Made by a program: the position numbers and the translations under genes
Assembly: GCA_003427395.1 (NCBI GenBank)
Contig: BFEA01000018.1
Span: 2,249,722 to 2,313,721 of the forward strand
Origin: Chara braunii
Lineage: Eukaryota; Plantae; Charophyceae
Length of the DNA stretch: 64,000 nt
Direction: 5' to 3'
Shown here: positions 25,441-37,179 of the stretch, piece after piece
Position numbering within the stretch: position 1 is the stretch's first letter
Layout: each line of letters starts with the position of its first letter
Notes under the pieces: model-generated
Told to the model about the DNA's origin: nothing
What the model saw: only the letters and a program-made list of their open reading frames with translations
Database searches by the model: none

Positions 25441-26087
25441 GTCACTTCTCGGTTTTATACGGCCTGATTTTTTTATTTTTATTTTTTACAAAACAACCCC
25501 CTCCAGTGCCTGTTAAGTTTTACTCCTCCATCAAAAAAAAAAAAAAGTTTTACTCCTCCAACCAGAACTTCTCTTTCCATCAGAACCGGCGTGAATTGTT
25601 CCTCCCTTACTCTAGTTGGAAGGTTGTAGGGGTGTCATCCCAGGGCTCAGGGCATGTCCTGTGCCGATCACCTGCAAGCTTTCCCCTATCAACCACCTCT
25701 CGCTTGCCTCCTCTTCAATCCGCGTGACGTGACCGATCGCACAGTCCACAAATCAATTCTTCCTGTCCCGTGCAAGGATCGAGGTCCATCCTCCCCCATT
25801 CACCTGTTCTCCTATTCATGCGTATCTCCTACACCCATTCCTTTGAGATGGCTGCAACAATGGCGTGCAGCCTCTGGTTCTTCGCCACTTGGTGCCGTGG
25901 TGTTAACAACACATCCTCTCCCTCCTTCCAACCGCCTGCGGTTCTGTAACTTCTGTCCCATAACTGACTTATCGTGCTGATTCCGCATCTCAGCCATCAA
26001 CAGCCAAAAACTCCTCATCTACTGGGCCATGAGAATGGGCTCGCTGTCCACATCTCGGATTGCCGATTTTCGATTAGATTGTTGATC

Positions 26088-26168
26088 GAGCGGTGGCTGC
26101 TGCTCTTATCAGCACTCCTAGCACCGTCTCGGGCTGTTGTAACAAAAAAAAAAAAAGAAAAAAAAAAA
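26088..26168 (+). mobile_element. Very short LINE 3' end with poly(A)
   Basis: ctgctcttatcagcac hairpin core plus gggctgttg and an A-rich tail, shared with the copies at 5.3, 7.0 and 9.1 kb. Confidence 0.65.
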
Positions 26169-26641
26169 AGGAAATCTGTTCCCGTCTTAGGTTTCGTATC
26201 CGTGGGTTCAGTTCCCTCCAGTTCGTTAATATCGCGGCCCACACTGTTTGCTTCTTGAGAGCAGTCAGGACTAAGTCGTTTACTTTTAAGCAGGCAATAC
26301 GACACCATATGCAGTGGAGTTCTTAAGGTGACTGCAATTCACTCATAACCAGTGCTGTTGTGCCTGATCTCTGGAGTCCGCAGCCAGATATCTCTGCGTG
26401 TGCTCTGCTTGCGATGCAGAAGCCTAGGTTCTTGGGTTCATAATACGTAAAGTCTTAAGCCACCATCTCATTTGGGCTGTATTCAGCTTGGACCGGCCCA
26501 CTGTGGCGATGCCTTCCTCCCCAGTCAATCTCCCTGACCACAAAAATGTTGCCTCCGTGATTCCGAGAAATCCAAAGGTTCGCCTTCGAGGCATATACAC
26601 GGCTGCCACATACCGCGATACTGAGAGGGTGGCGTTATTAA

Positions 26642-26842
26642 ACCACCAGTACTTGGCCCAGCTATCTATGCCGAGCCTGGAATGCCCCTGCGCGCCGATT
26701 TCCGCCGAAGCGCCGAGGCACCGTTTCGAAATTGTTTTGGCTGGCGGTTCCAGCCATTGAGGTCCGGTACCCCGAAGCCCTAAGGGCGCGGCGCGTTAAC
26801 GGAAAAGCACCGCGGCCGATAGCAGGGCCAAGTACTGGTGGT
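26642..26842. mobile_element. 201-bp MITE with TTAA target duplication
   Basis: 25-bp TIR ACCACCAGTACTTGGCCC(A/T)GCTATC. TTAA at 26638-26641 and 26843-26846. Confidence 0.85.
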
Positions 26843-27503
26843 TTAACAGGTCAAAAAAAACAAAAACAAAAACAAAAAAAACTTTGCCCTTGACGCCCGC
26901 GAGAGAGCATTTCCCCCACCTCTGCATTCTCCTAATGACTTCAGTGGCTATCTCCTTTGTTTGTGTAACACCCACTTCCTCCGCCGCCTAATAGATTCAT
27001 ACTAATTCATAATGTTCAAACTTCGCAATGACCGCCACTGTATCTTCCACAAAAGCAGTACACTCGATTCCATCTCCGAAGAATTGAAGACAACCCCACT
27101 GATTTTCTAGCTGGCGCTAATCATCTTGTCGAGAACTCGAGGTGCTCGACGTACATGACGTACAGGGTCAGGCCCATTGCCCACCCTTGCCTAACTGATC
27201 TCAACACCTCGGCCGATTCAGAGCGTCGGTGACCATCGACTTGAACCGCCGCAGTTGAAGCGCACAGCAGCACAAGTGTAAAATTAGTAATTACCGCTCT
27301 GAACGCATTTTTTACCGAAGCCTGTTCATTTTTTACCCTAGCCATTCATTTTTTACCCTAGCCAGGAATTGCCATCTAACCATCTAACCTTGTAATAGGC
27401 TTTTCGAAAATCTAGTGAGATCTACCGTCTTCACCTAAAATAAAATGCCATGTCATTCTACAATCCTTTTTTACCCCGTTTAAGGGGGACGGCCTTGAGA
27501 TAC

Positions 27504-28019
27504 CATTCATCAAAGTGACCGGCCGCAGGTAATTCAGAAGTATCGGATGGAAATCGATTCCACTCATCTAGTTTCATCGGGATTCAAACTTGGGTCTGTA
27601 TGTCAACAGTTCGTGGCTGTACCAACTGAGCTAAGCTCGTTGGTTCGTCTCCTGCAATCCAAGTCGAGCCGGGAATGTAGGGCATCTGGACATTATTACG
27701 ATGCCTCCATTCATCGAAGTGACCGGCCGCAGGTAATTCAGAAGTATTGGATGGAAATCGATTCCACTCATCTACAGTCTTCCCCCGAATACAACGTACG
27801 GTCATTATAGCCGAATTTAGACTGAAAGATGGTCCAAATTCAGCTATAATGACCGTGCATTGTATTCGCGGGAAGACTGTAGTTTCATCAGGATTCGAAC
27901 TTGGGTCTGTACGTCAACCGTTCATGGCTGTACCAACTGAGATAAGCTCGTTGCTTCGCCTCCTGCAATCCTAGTCGAGCCAGGAAGTGCAGGGCATCTG
28001 GACAGTAATATGATGCCTC
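27504..28019 (-). repeat. Tandem dimer of a ~204-bp unit containing a tRNA-like (A/B box) head
   Basis: Units start at 27504 and 27708. Minus strand reads agctcagttggtacagcc...ccaagtt(t/c)gaatcc. Confidence 0.85.
27775..27879. mobile_element. Same MITE family
   Basis: Same TIRs and TA duplication. The empty site is visible in the adjacent tandem unit (27561-27580). Confidence 0.92.
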
Positions 28020-28806
28020 AAGGGACCAGACGGATAAGGTACATGATGAAAATGAGAAAGAATTTGTAAAGATGTGCAGAGGCAAAGCGAAACGACAGCT
28101 AGGTGAAGATCTTCACAAATTCTCGCTCATTTTCGTCGTGTACCTCATCCCTAGGAGCAGATATTGACAAATTCTCTCTCATTTCCTGTCATGAAGAAAG
28201 ACAGGAAAATAAGCTAGGTGCAGATCTTTAAAGCGAAACAAAACGAGCCAAGTCCAAAGCGAATAGGGCTTCCAACACCCCACCCCAAGGATGTTGGAGT
28301 TCTCTCTTTCCGGGGGAAATTCTTGTTGGTTCTCCTTCTGTACTGTACCGCCGAGGCCACAGAGTACCATGCAGGCCAAATTGTACAATCCCCACCCCTT
28401 ATAAGAACCCACAGTCAGATCACCCACTCCAGACGGCGACACTCAACCCATATAATATCACCCAGGCCACATAATATCACCCACTCCACCAAGTACCACG
28501 CCCTAGTGGTGACCTGGTGTAGTCTTCTTTTTGTGCTTGGTCAGAGTCAAATATGTGTGCGTTTTTGAAGTACGTAGTGGTTCTCCGGCTTCATGGGTCA
28601 GAGTAAAATTGTAGCCTTATTGAACACTCGCAGGTTTCAACAAACCTTATGTAACAGACAGCAGACTGGTCCTAAGTCTTGGTTGGTGCAAGTCAGGCCC
28701 ATCGTCTCAAGTCCTGATCTCTCAGTTTGCACCGCACTGGTGGGGCCAATGGACATGCCTTATGGCAGGCAACCGTACAGTGTACGCTTTGTTTTGACGT
28801 TCGAAC

Positions 28807-28989
28807 CTAGGCTACCAGAGTGGCCCGGGGTCACTTGCCCGGCCGGGCCAAAAACAATAAAAATAAATAAAAATAAAAAAATTATTTTTAAAACTTGTTA
28901 TTTTTTTCTAAATTTCGTACAGAAATTCGATGTGACCCTGAGGCAAAAGTTGTTCACTTTATTTTTCTGCATAACATAGTTTTTTTTTC

Positions 28990-29034
<45 letters not shown>

Positions 29035-29098
29035 GGACCTTCCCTGGTCCTTGCACGGGCTGGCCACCGGAACCCGGGCGGCCCGGCTGGTAGCCTAG
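28807..29098. mobile_element. hAT-type MITE (CTAGGCTACCAG termini)
   Basis: 12-bp TIR with 8-bp TSD GTTCGAAC/GTTTGAAC. Reverse-complement homolog of 47592-47889. Confidence 0.85.
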
Positions 29099-29509
29099 GT
29101 TTGAACTAGACTCCCAACTCTCAAAAGTCAGACCTCACTCTGTTCACGCGATTGCATCTGGGTTCGACCTCAGGTTGCAGAAGTCCAACTCTGAAACTCT
29201 GAAAGACTCCCAACTCCCAACTCCCATCTGTATTCCAGAAGTTCATCGGTGTACCACCACCTGAGCTAGGCTCTCAGTCCAGAAGTCCAACTCTGAAAGA
29301 CTTGAGCCTCAAGGCACAAAAAAATGCCAGACATTCATCAGATTAGAGTGTGCAAAGTTGCAAACTGCACAGTTGCAAACTGATTCTATTCTGAGGATAC
29401 ATACAGCCGCCGCCGGTGAAGTCATGGAGAGCTGATCACAGTCGTAGAACTCTTGTGGATTACATCATTACAGCTCCAATAGCAAGAGAAGAGCAAACAT
29501 GTATGCAAT

Positions 29510-30416
29510 CAGGGTAAACGGCGTTCGGGACGGGGCGAACGCCCGAACCTGAACGCCCAAACGTACGGGACCCCTTGGGGATGCGTTCGGCCGTTCGGGA
29601 CGAAAAAGGAAAAAAAAAAAAAGAACAAACAAGAACTGAAAAAACGATATGTTATGAAGAAAAATAAAATAAACAACATTTGCCTGAGCATTACATCCAA
29701 ATTCCTTACCAAATTTGAAATAAAAATAAAATACAGAAAATAAAAGTAATAAAAGAAATAAGAAAAAATGAAAAAAGAATTCGTTTTCGACACCGCCATG
29801 TTTGGCTTTTTCTTCTTTTTTTTTTTTTGGCACTTTTTTTTTTTTGGCACAGCCAAATGCCCTGAAAGTTCACAGATGTGTACCTTTTTTTTTTTTTTTT
29901 TTTTTTCAAGAATCGCGGGCCCAGTGCCCAAGGCTTATATTTCAACAATAAACAGATGTGTACTTCACATAATACAAAACTCGTTAAAAAAGTTTCAAAA
30001 ACTGATTTTATATATATATATATTTTTTGGACCATTTCTCGATTTATGCGTATCATCCATACGCAGGGGCCATGCTAATCGTTCCAATTTTAAGTTTTAA
30101 CGGATGTCCCAAAGGACGATATTTTTTTTTAAGCCCCGCAATAGAGTGAAAACAGAAAGTAAAAAGTGAAATAAAAAACAAAATAGCGAGTGGGCGAGCA
30201 CGTTTTGACACCGCCAATTTTTAATTTTTGTTTGGCTTAGCAAAATGACTTTCAAAATTTATGGGCATGTACCTCACATCATAGCGAACTCACCAAAAAC
30301 AATTCAGAAAAAAAAAACTTACTTTTAGGCCCCGAAATAATTTTTGGCGGGGGCCGAATGCCCGTACGTACGGAGGTCGGTTCGGGGACCTCCATACGTA
30401 CGGGCTGGTGACCATG
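29510..30416. mobile_element. hAT-type non-autonomous element inserted in a minisatellite
   Basis: Imperfect termini CAGGGTAAAC...GGTGACCATG. TSD TATGCAAT/TATGCAAC. Subterminal cgtacg/ccgaac motifs. Confidence 0.7.
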
Positions 30417-30429
30417 TATGCAACTATAA

Positions 30430-30900
30430 AAAGAGCAAACCAATAGCAGGAGCAAACTAATAGCAAGAGCAAACCAAAGGCAAGAGCAATTCACTACCAA
30501 GAGCAAACCTACAAAGATGCAGATTATGCAAAGGGGGTAGAAGGTATTCATCACGTCATTTGCAGTCAATAGCAAGACCAAACCAATAGCAAGAGCAAAC
30601 CAATAGCAAGAGCAAACCAATAGCAAGGGCAAACGAAGAGCAAGAGCAAAGCAAGAGCGAGCAAACGTACAAGGATGCAGATTTATGCAAAGGAGTGGAA
30701 GGTATTCGTCACCTCACCGAGTCATTTGCAGTCACTAGCAAGAGCAAACCAATAGCACGAGCAAACGAATAGCAAGAGCAAACCAATAGCAAGAGCACAC
30801 AGAGAGCAAGAGCAAAGCAATCGCAAGAGCAAACCTACAAGGATGCAGATTATGCAAAGGGGTGGAAGGTATTCGTCACCTCACCGAGTCATTTGCAGTC
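30430..30900 (+). repeat. 17-bp minisatellite (agcaagagcaaaccaat) with a higher-order ~170-bp unit
   Basis: gatgcagattatgcaaagg..gaaggtattc..gtcatttgcagtc occurs three times. The start of the array is stranded at 29477-29500 by the hAT insertion. Confidence 0.85.
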
Positions 30901-31733
30901 CCACAACTCCCACATCACAACCACCGGACCACGACTTCTCCTGCCCAGAGATGGGGGTAGCAGAACAGCCTCGGAAAGGTTCAATTAATAATGATTTGTT
31001 CGCCCCAGGTGTTCTGGTTGACACCTAAAATGTGGTGGTTTGATTGAAGCCAGGTGGCAGACAGACAAGCAGAGGGATGGCAGGCAGTTTATATAAACAT
31101 AAGCATGCTATTGGAGGAGAGGCCAGGTACTGCTTGGGAGTTTAAGTCACGCTGCATATGGAGACATGGGGAGGAAGCGGGTATGTTTCGACGACAAACA
31201 TCAGAGAGGAGGGACATCGCTATCTGAGGGAAACCAGGTGCTGCGTGGAGTGAAGGGCTTAGGTCACGCTGCCTATGGAGACAAGGGGAGGAAGGGTGTG
31301 TGTTTCAAAGACAAACACCAGAGAGAAGGGAAATCAATGGACATAATACTCAAGAAGAATGCTTTATTGAACAGATGAAAATCATTGCTTTCCAAATGCT
31401 ATTGGCAGATAACATGAGAATGAAGAGCCCGAAAACTTGACTTGATCCTATACGTCAATGCCGTGCAAACATATGCATGGAAAACCAACTGCACTCCTCT
31501 TCCGCTGACAAAGTAGGCACCTGATTGCAGTGTTTGAAGCCCAGGACAAAGCATTGTGGGCACAACGCCAAAACACAACTAAGTCGAACTAACTCTTCCT
31601 CCCAATTCCCTCCCCCAACTCTGCGCTCTCCTCCGTTCCCTAACCTTCACAGCCAGCGGTCACCTCAACTACACTCCAAACTAAACACGATTGGAAGCCG
31701 TTCATCCCATGCCACCCTTGTTCCACTTTTCCT

Positions 31734-31809
<76 letters not shown>

Positions 31810-33094
31810 TGCTGCAGTGCAGGACAGGGCTGTGCCCACAACATGTGATGATCTGCAAGAAGAGGAAGCAGTGCCTTGTTGCCACTATCCAGGAGGCTAA
31901 TGCCTCGTCTGACCCTGGCGGCAGCTGAAGTCCTTCAGCCCTCAACCACCACCAATGCCTCACACCTTTGTAATCGCTGATGCCATGAATGCCAAAGGCG
32001 AACTAAGAACAAATAACCAACACTGACTGAAAACAGGAAAAAAAAAAAAAAGCAAGAAGATAGCAGGGTGTCGGATTGATAAGACTTGGCTTATCAGGAT
32101 TGGAAATGAGAAGATCGTGCAGCAACCTGCACATCAAGACGGCACAACTTTGGGTGACCTGGATGCAAATCTTTATGCTGACGACAGTATCCGCAGATGG
32201 GAGGACACGTCCTGTTCGTACTGAGCGACACAGTCGACGCAAATCACCCTCTCTTCTAACTTATTGCTCATCTTATAGGTTCCATAGCTCACGCACCGCT
32301 ACAACACAAGCTGAAAGAAGAGGAGGCCAGCTAGACTGCCATCGATCCACGCCGGAAAGGAAGCGATGAGGCACGTTGCAATCAACAACTAGGATGTGTG
32401 CTTCCAAATCGTCAACGAATGGTCAGGAGTCGGAAAATAGCAGAGTGAAAAACAGCCCATCGGAAAGAATGAAATGGGAGACTTATAATGGCACACTGTG
32501 AAAACCTCAAATGGTGTCAATACCGATGGGAAAATAAATGAAGAATTTCTTTTCGCGTAATGAATGCGTAAGCTCGTGTATCCATCCATGGGAGTGGAGA
32601 GAGCCAAGCGACAGCAAGAGAAGGCCAAGACGGATGCTGGAAGCGCCGACTAAACGTAAAAGACAATTTATATCTGACAACGGTTTCTAACAATGCTCTG
32701 GAAATGCCAATTGCTGAACAGCCACATTTGCACTGCTGTGACTAACCGTGGGTTTGAACACTGACAGGAGGCGGGGGGGAGGGGACAGAAGGGGACAAAG
32801 TTTTGGATTCTGACGACGAAGGGCATGCAGTGAACATAAAAAATGCCAAAGTAAAAAAGACGAAAGCGATCTTAGTCGCCATAGGAGGTCATAGTGAATG
32901 CCGGAGGCTCAAGTAATAATCTCACCGGCCTCGAGGCAAGACATAACCCGCGCCAGACAGCTTTCTTCAGTGTAGAATGTGCCACACACCTCTCCTTCCG
33001 CCGGCACTCTAGCGCTCGTAAATCGTGCTCCTCCCTACTTCAGTCTCTCCCATTCTGATATCACAACCCACACCGACAAAGCCGCAGCTTCCCT

Positions 33095-33229
33095 CTACAT
33101 GGTGAGCTGACGTACCCCCCAGAACGCCGCGGCGTGCGTTACTCTTTCTAGCAAACCATCTGGGACAGGCACACCCCGCCTCTGCTGTGGCGCTATTTGT
33201 GCCGTATGAACCAGTGTCTTCCACTTATC
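33095..33229 (-). CDS. TRP/TRFL telomere-repeat-binding protein, last coding exon (end of Myb plus Myb-extension)
   Basis: Follows acceptor tccag. Reads DKWKTLVHTAQIAPQQRRGVPVPDGLLERVTHAAAFWGVRQLTM*, matching the plant TRFL family-1 consensus DKWKTLVHTA.I.P.QRRGEPVP..LL.RV. A possible donor (GGG|gtacgt) near 33115 could mean one more exon. Confidence 0.92.
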   Translation of the reverse strand, partial: DKWKTLVHTAQIAPQQRRGVPVPDGLLERVTHAAAFWGVRQLTM

Positions 33230-33620
33230 CTGGATTCAAAAAAGCAGCAGAGGGGACATATGGAACGACATGGACAAGCACTGTCAGAGCACACTTTGCG
33301 AAACAAACAGTGAAAATTACAAAAGACAAAAAAAGAAACCATTCTATAAAACTATATACTATATAGTATAGTATATATAGTCAAACAGAGCTTCCCGCTA
33401 AACCGCAGGCAGAGAGGGAGAAGAGGACAACAAACCAGGGGCTGTGGCAAACTGTTTCGTCGGAGTTTCACCAACTCACGAAATGATTTTCACATATCTA
33501 TGAACTAAAAGAGCGCACACTTTGTGAAACAAACAACAAAACTACACAACGCAAACATGAAAAGCACAGAAAGCATTGTTAAGCGCACAGAAAGCATTGT
33601 TTTTTATCATTCTTTTTCTT

Positions 33621-33725
33621 GCCTCTGCTGTGGCGTTATTTGAGCCGCATGAACCGGTGTCTTCCACATATCCTGATTAAAAAAAAAGCAGATGGGACAT
33701 ATGGAATGCCATAGACAAATACTGT
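33621..33725 (-). pseudogene. Partial duplicate of the last TRFL exon (acceptor plus about 17 codons) with adjoining intron sequence
   Basis: Diverged copy of 33178-33286. Reads atcag|DMWKTPVHAAQITPQQR, then QEKE* in flanking sequence. Confidence 0.85.
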
Positions 33726-33940
33726 CGATTAGAGCAAGTCACCAAGTACGAAAATATATTGTCACATATCTATCGATGAGGTAAAACAGTGCACTTTGAG
33801 AAACAAACTATAAACATTACGCAAGACAAACATGAAGAGCACACTGAAACCATTCTATACGTTTTCACTGACCGCACTTTGCAAGGGAAACGATTAAATT
33901 ATTACACAAGGCAAACGTGAAAAGCACACTCAGACCATTC

Positions 33941-34520
33941 CTTTGTACCGAGACAGTGGGGGAGAAAAGAAGAGAGAAGGAGAGTCAGCCTAATCCTTTT
34001 AGCACTACCAGTTAGCGGCCTGAGCAAGGGGGGCCTGCTTCTGTGCACCGCACCCCCAAACCTTTGTCCCTCCGTGGTGGACCGCCCTACTGGCTGGGAG
34101 GTTTACCACCAATAGCAGCACCCAGACACGCAATAGGGTACTAATTCCCCAGAGGGAGCATAGCGCAAGGGGGGGGGGGGGGGGGGGGGGGGGGGAGCAT
34201 TCACGGGGGACGTCCCCGAGGCCGCTTGTCCAATCGTCAACTGTTCAAAAAAAAAAGGACACTCAGTCACTCAGACCATTCTTTTAACTCCGCCTTTAAC
34301 TGTACCCTACTGGCTGGGAGGTTTACCACCGATAGCAGCACCCAGACACGCAGTAGGGTACTAATTCCCCAGAGGGAGCATAGCGCAGGGGGAAGGGGGG
34401 GGGGGGGGGGGGGAATAAGGGGGGGGGCCCCCCGACCGCTTGTCCAATCGTCAACTGTTCAAAAAAAAAAAAAAGAAAAAAAAAAAAAGGACACTCAGTC
34501 ACTCAGACCATTCTTTTTTA
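33941..34520 (+). mobile_element. Poly(A)-tailed retro-fragment with partial tandem duplication
   Basis: 34085-34280 is repeated at 34305-34512. Each copy ends ccgcttgtccaatcgtcaactgttc(A)n. cactcagaccattc occurs before (33927-33940) and after, like a TSD. Confidence 0.6.
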
Positions 34521-36935
34521 TCATTCTTCTTTTAACTCCGCCTTTAACTGTGCCTCACGTGCACAAGGCATGCCAAGTTGATGAAACTGAGCACGCGCTG
34601 CCCGCATCCCCATGTGCCAAAACGGCCCACTTGTACGATCCGAGAAAGAGGCAGAGTAAACGGAAAGCGGAATAAACACCGAGAAAAGATGGAGAGCAGA
34701 CAAAGCGAAGGAAGACAAAGGGAGGGAAAGTAACGAGTGTGGAACGAAGATGAGAGCAAAGGAAAGGATAAGGAAAGGCTCAAGAATCGGTCTGTCATAG
34801 CAATGGTAAAGATGAGGTGGATGAACATGGAAGACCTAGCTGCGCATTGTCAGTACGACAATTGGCACAATGGCTGGCGTTGAGCATGCCCACCATACAC
34901 TCCCGACAAATGGCATATCGATTGCAAGAACGGGCACCACAAAAGACCACGTGTTCAGTATAATGCCCATGACCGCAAAGTGGACATGTCGTGTCCGGGT
35001 GCAAAAGGTGCCTGCAGTCGGGAGCCGAAGGACAGTCCTCTACATACAAGGATGCAGAAATTGTGCCATTGTAATGATTGTGACAGAGACAATGGCGGCC
35101 GCAGCCGTGTAACAGTGTTTGTAGTGGTGCAAAGGAGAAAGCCGGAGAATGTTGGTACATTGTCCCGCTGCAGCACGGGGCCACAGGGATGATCTTCGAC
35201 ATCAAAGAGATTGCACACAGTTCCGTGTGTGTGAGAGAACAGCATCATTATGTAAGTAAGAAACCCATCACATCGTCATGGCATGGAGCATGCCATGCCA
35301 CAGATCCCAGTGGTCAGATACATGTACAGTGCCCATGTAATGGTCAGGTCCTTGTACAATGCAGGCAGAGATGTGCGACGGAGGATTAAACCACTCGCCT
35401 GCTTGCGCATTGTATAGTTTTGAGTTGGCAATCCCTCATTGCTACTTGTCTGTAGGACAGCAATGGTAAAGAGCCCGCTTTCGCCGGTATAATTACATCC
35501 ACTGGGTGTAGGTGGGGAAGATCAGCATCAAGCTGAAGGGCAACTGCAAGGAAATGTGACGGTGTATAAAACGGGCGGTGGAGAATGCGAAGACAGATAT
35601 CAGATGCAGTCGGACAGCAGAGATTGGTGGGATCTGAGGCTGGTGGGCCGACTGCTGCCCAACAATTTGCAGATCACCCAGATGGTTACGCAACGTCTTG
35701 GGCTGTTTGATGGTCAGTCGTTCGCAGATGATCCATGCGGTCTGCGCCTAGTGGGGCAAAAAAATTTGCGGCTCGTCCATAACGCTGGTCAGCCATTTGC
35801 AGATCCCTCATACGGTCTACTCCGCTTTGTGGGGCAAAATCGCTGACCCCAACGGTCTCCCAAACCGGTCAGCGCAGTTAATGGCAATTTTTTTTTGCCC
35901 TTAACTGCAATCCGGACAAATCATGTTCCAATCCCTCTACCGTTGGGCCTTCCTGCATCCTGAGTAGGGACTGGAATTGGGACTACCCTTGGCGGGGACC
36001 GCACCCTATTGTACAGATGACTTGCAAATTTCTAGCGCTGGAGGGCGTAACGCATGGTTCTGTGCCTGCCTGCAGGCAGCTGGACTGTCTGCAAGAGGCA
36101 TTGGAGTGGGATATTGCCATTTGGAAAAAGGAACCACAATAAATAACCTGTGGAGCAGGCACAGAGCAAGTTGGGTCAGACAAAGGAACAGGCTGCAGAT
36201 TCGCAGACAAGTGACGATGCAAAACACGCCGCCAACAATGCACAATAAGAGGAGTGGTGGTGTTGCAAACTGAAGATGAACTGCAGCAGTGGAAACAGCA
36301 GCAATAGAAACTGTAGCAGCAGAGAAACTGCAGCCGTAGAAACTGCAGCAGTGGAAACTGCACCAGTATAAACTGGAGCAGCAGCAGATGCGCAAGCAGG
36401 GGCAGGATGAGAGCGTCGGGGGCCAGGGGGGAAAAGCAGAACGTGGATAATACAGTGACCATCGCCGCACTATCAGAACCATTGAGAGGGATATAGTGAC
36501 AAATGTGGAAAATGAGAATGAACCTTCTGCTAGAAAATGGAAAGATGCACCGCCATATTTTGTGTCTCTTGTGCATGTGGAAAGTAGTGCAGCAAGGCCC
36601 ATATATCGACAAACAGAACTGCTTGGTAAACCGTAGGAATAGGGAGAAGAGGACAATGAATGCGGGCCTCTGACAGAGTCACCGACTCATCATCAGGAGG
36701 CTTAAGCCTATAGCTAAACATCGAGACACACACATACACTGCGGCAGGGGGGAGCAAGGGAGCGTGTGTGAGTGTGCGTGTTGTGTTAATTGGCACCACA
36801 ACCGCCCTTTTCCATCCAGATGAGCAGATCCAAACTTGAAACAGCTTTACGTCTATATAGCAAACAACATGAAGCACATTCGACATTGGAGCAGGTTTAC
36901 CCCCATAGGCTCCATAGCAAACAACATGACGCACG
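34520..36935 (-). mobile_element. Degenerate element with multiple PHD/RING-like Cys-His clusters (copy A)
   Basis: CPLCGHGHYTEHVVFCGARSCNRYAICRECMVGMLNASHCANC, CLHC...WHAPC, VCNLFDVED..PVLQ and LLQCRMC...SC...LWC. End 34545-34640 is shared with 37220-37312 and 8900-8992. Confidence 0.55.
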
Positions 36936-37179
36936 CTAAAACCACCCTTGTACAGTCGTACTTTTTTCCTTCCTCTTTTTCTCCTTTTTGCTCGTGCTTC
37001 CTTTTCCTCTTTCTATTTTTTTTTTTTCCTTTTTCTTTTTTTTTACGGGCAACAACCTTGAGATATAATCCTTGAGCTGACCAGCCCCAGATAAATTCAG
37101 AGCTATTTTCACTCGTCCGATTCCATCAGGATTCCGGTCCTTTCTCTTTCTTTGCTTTCCTTACTTTGGATTTCTTTTT

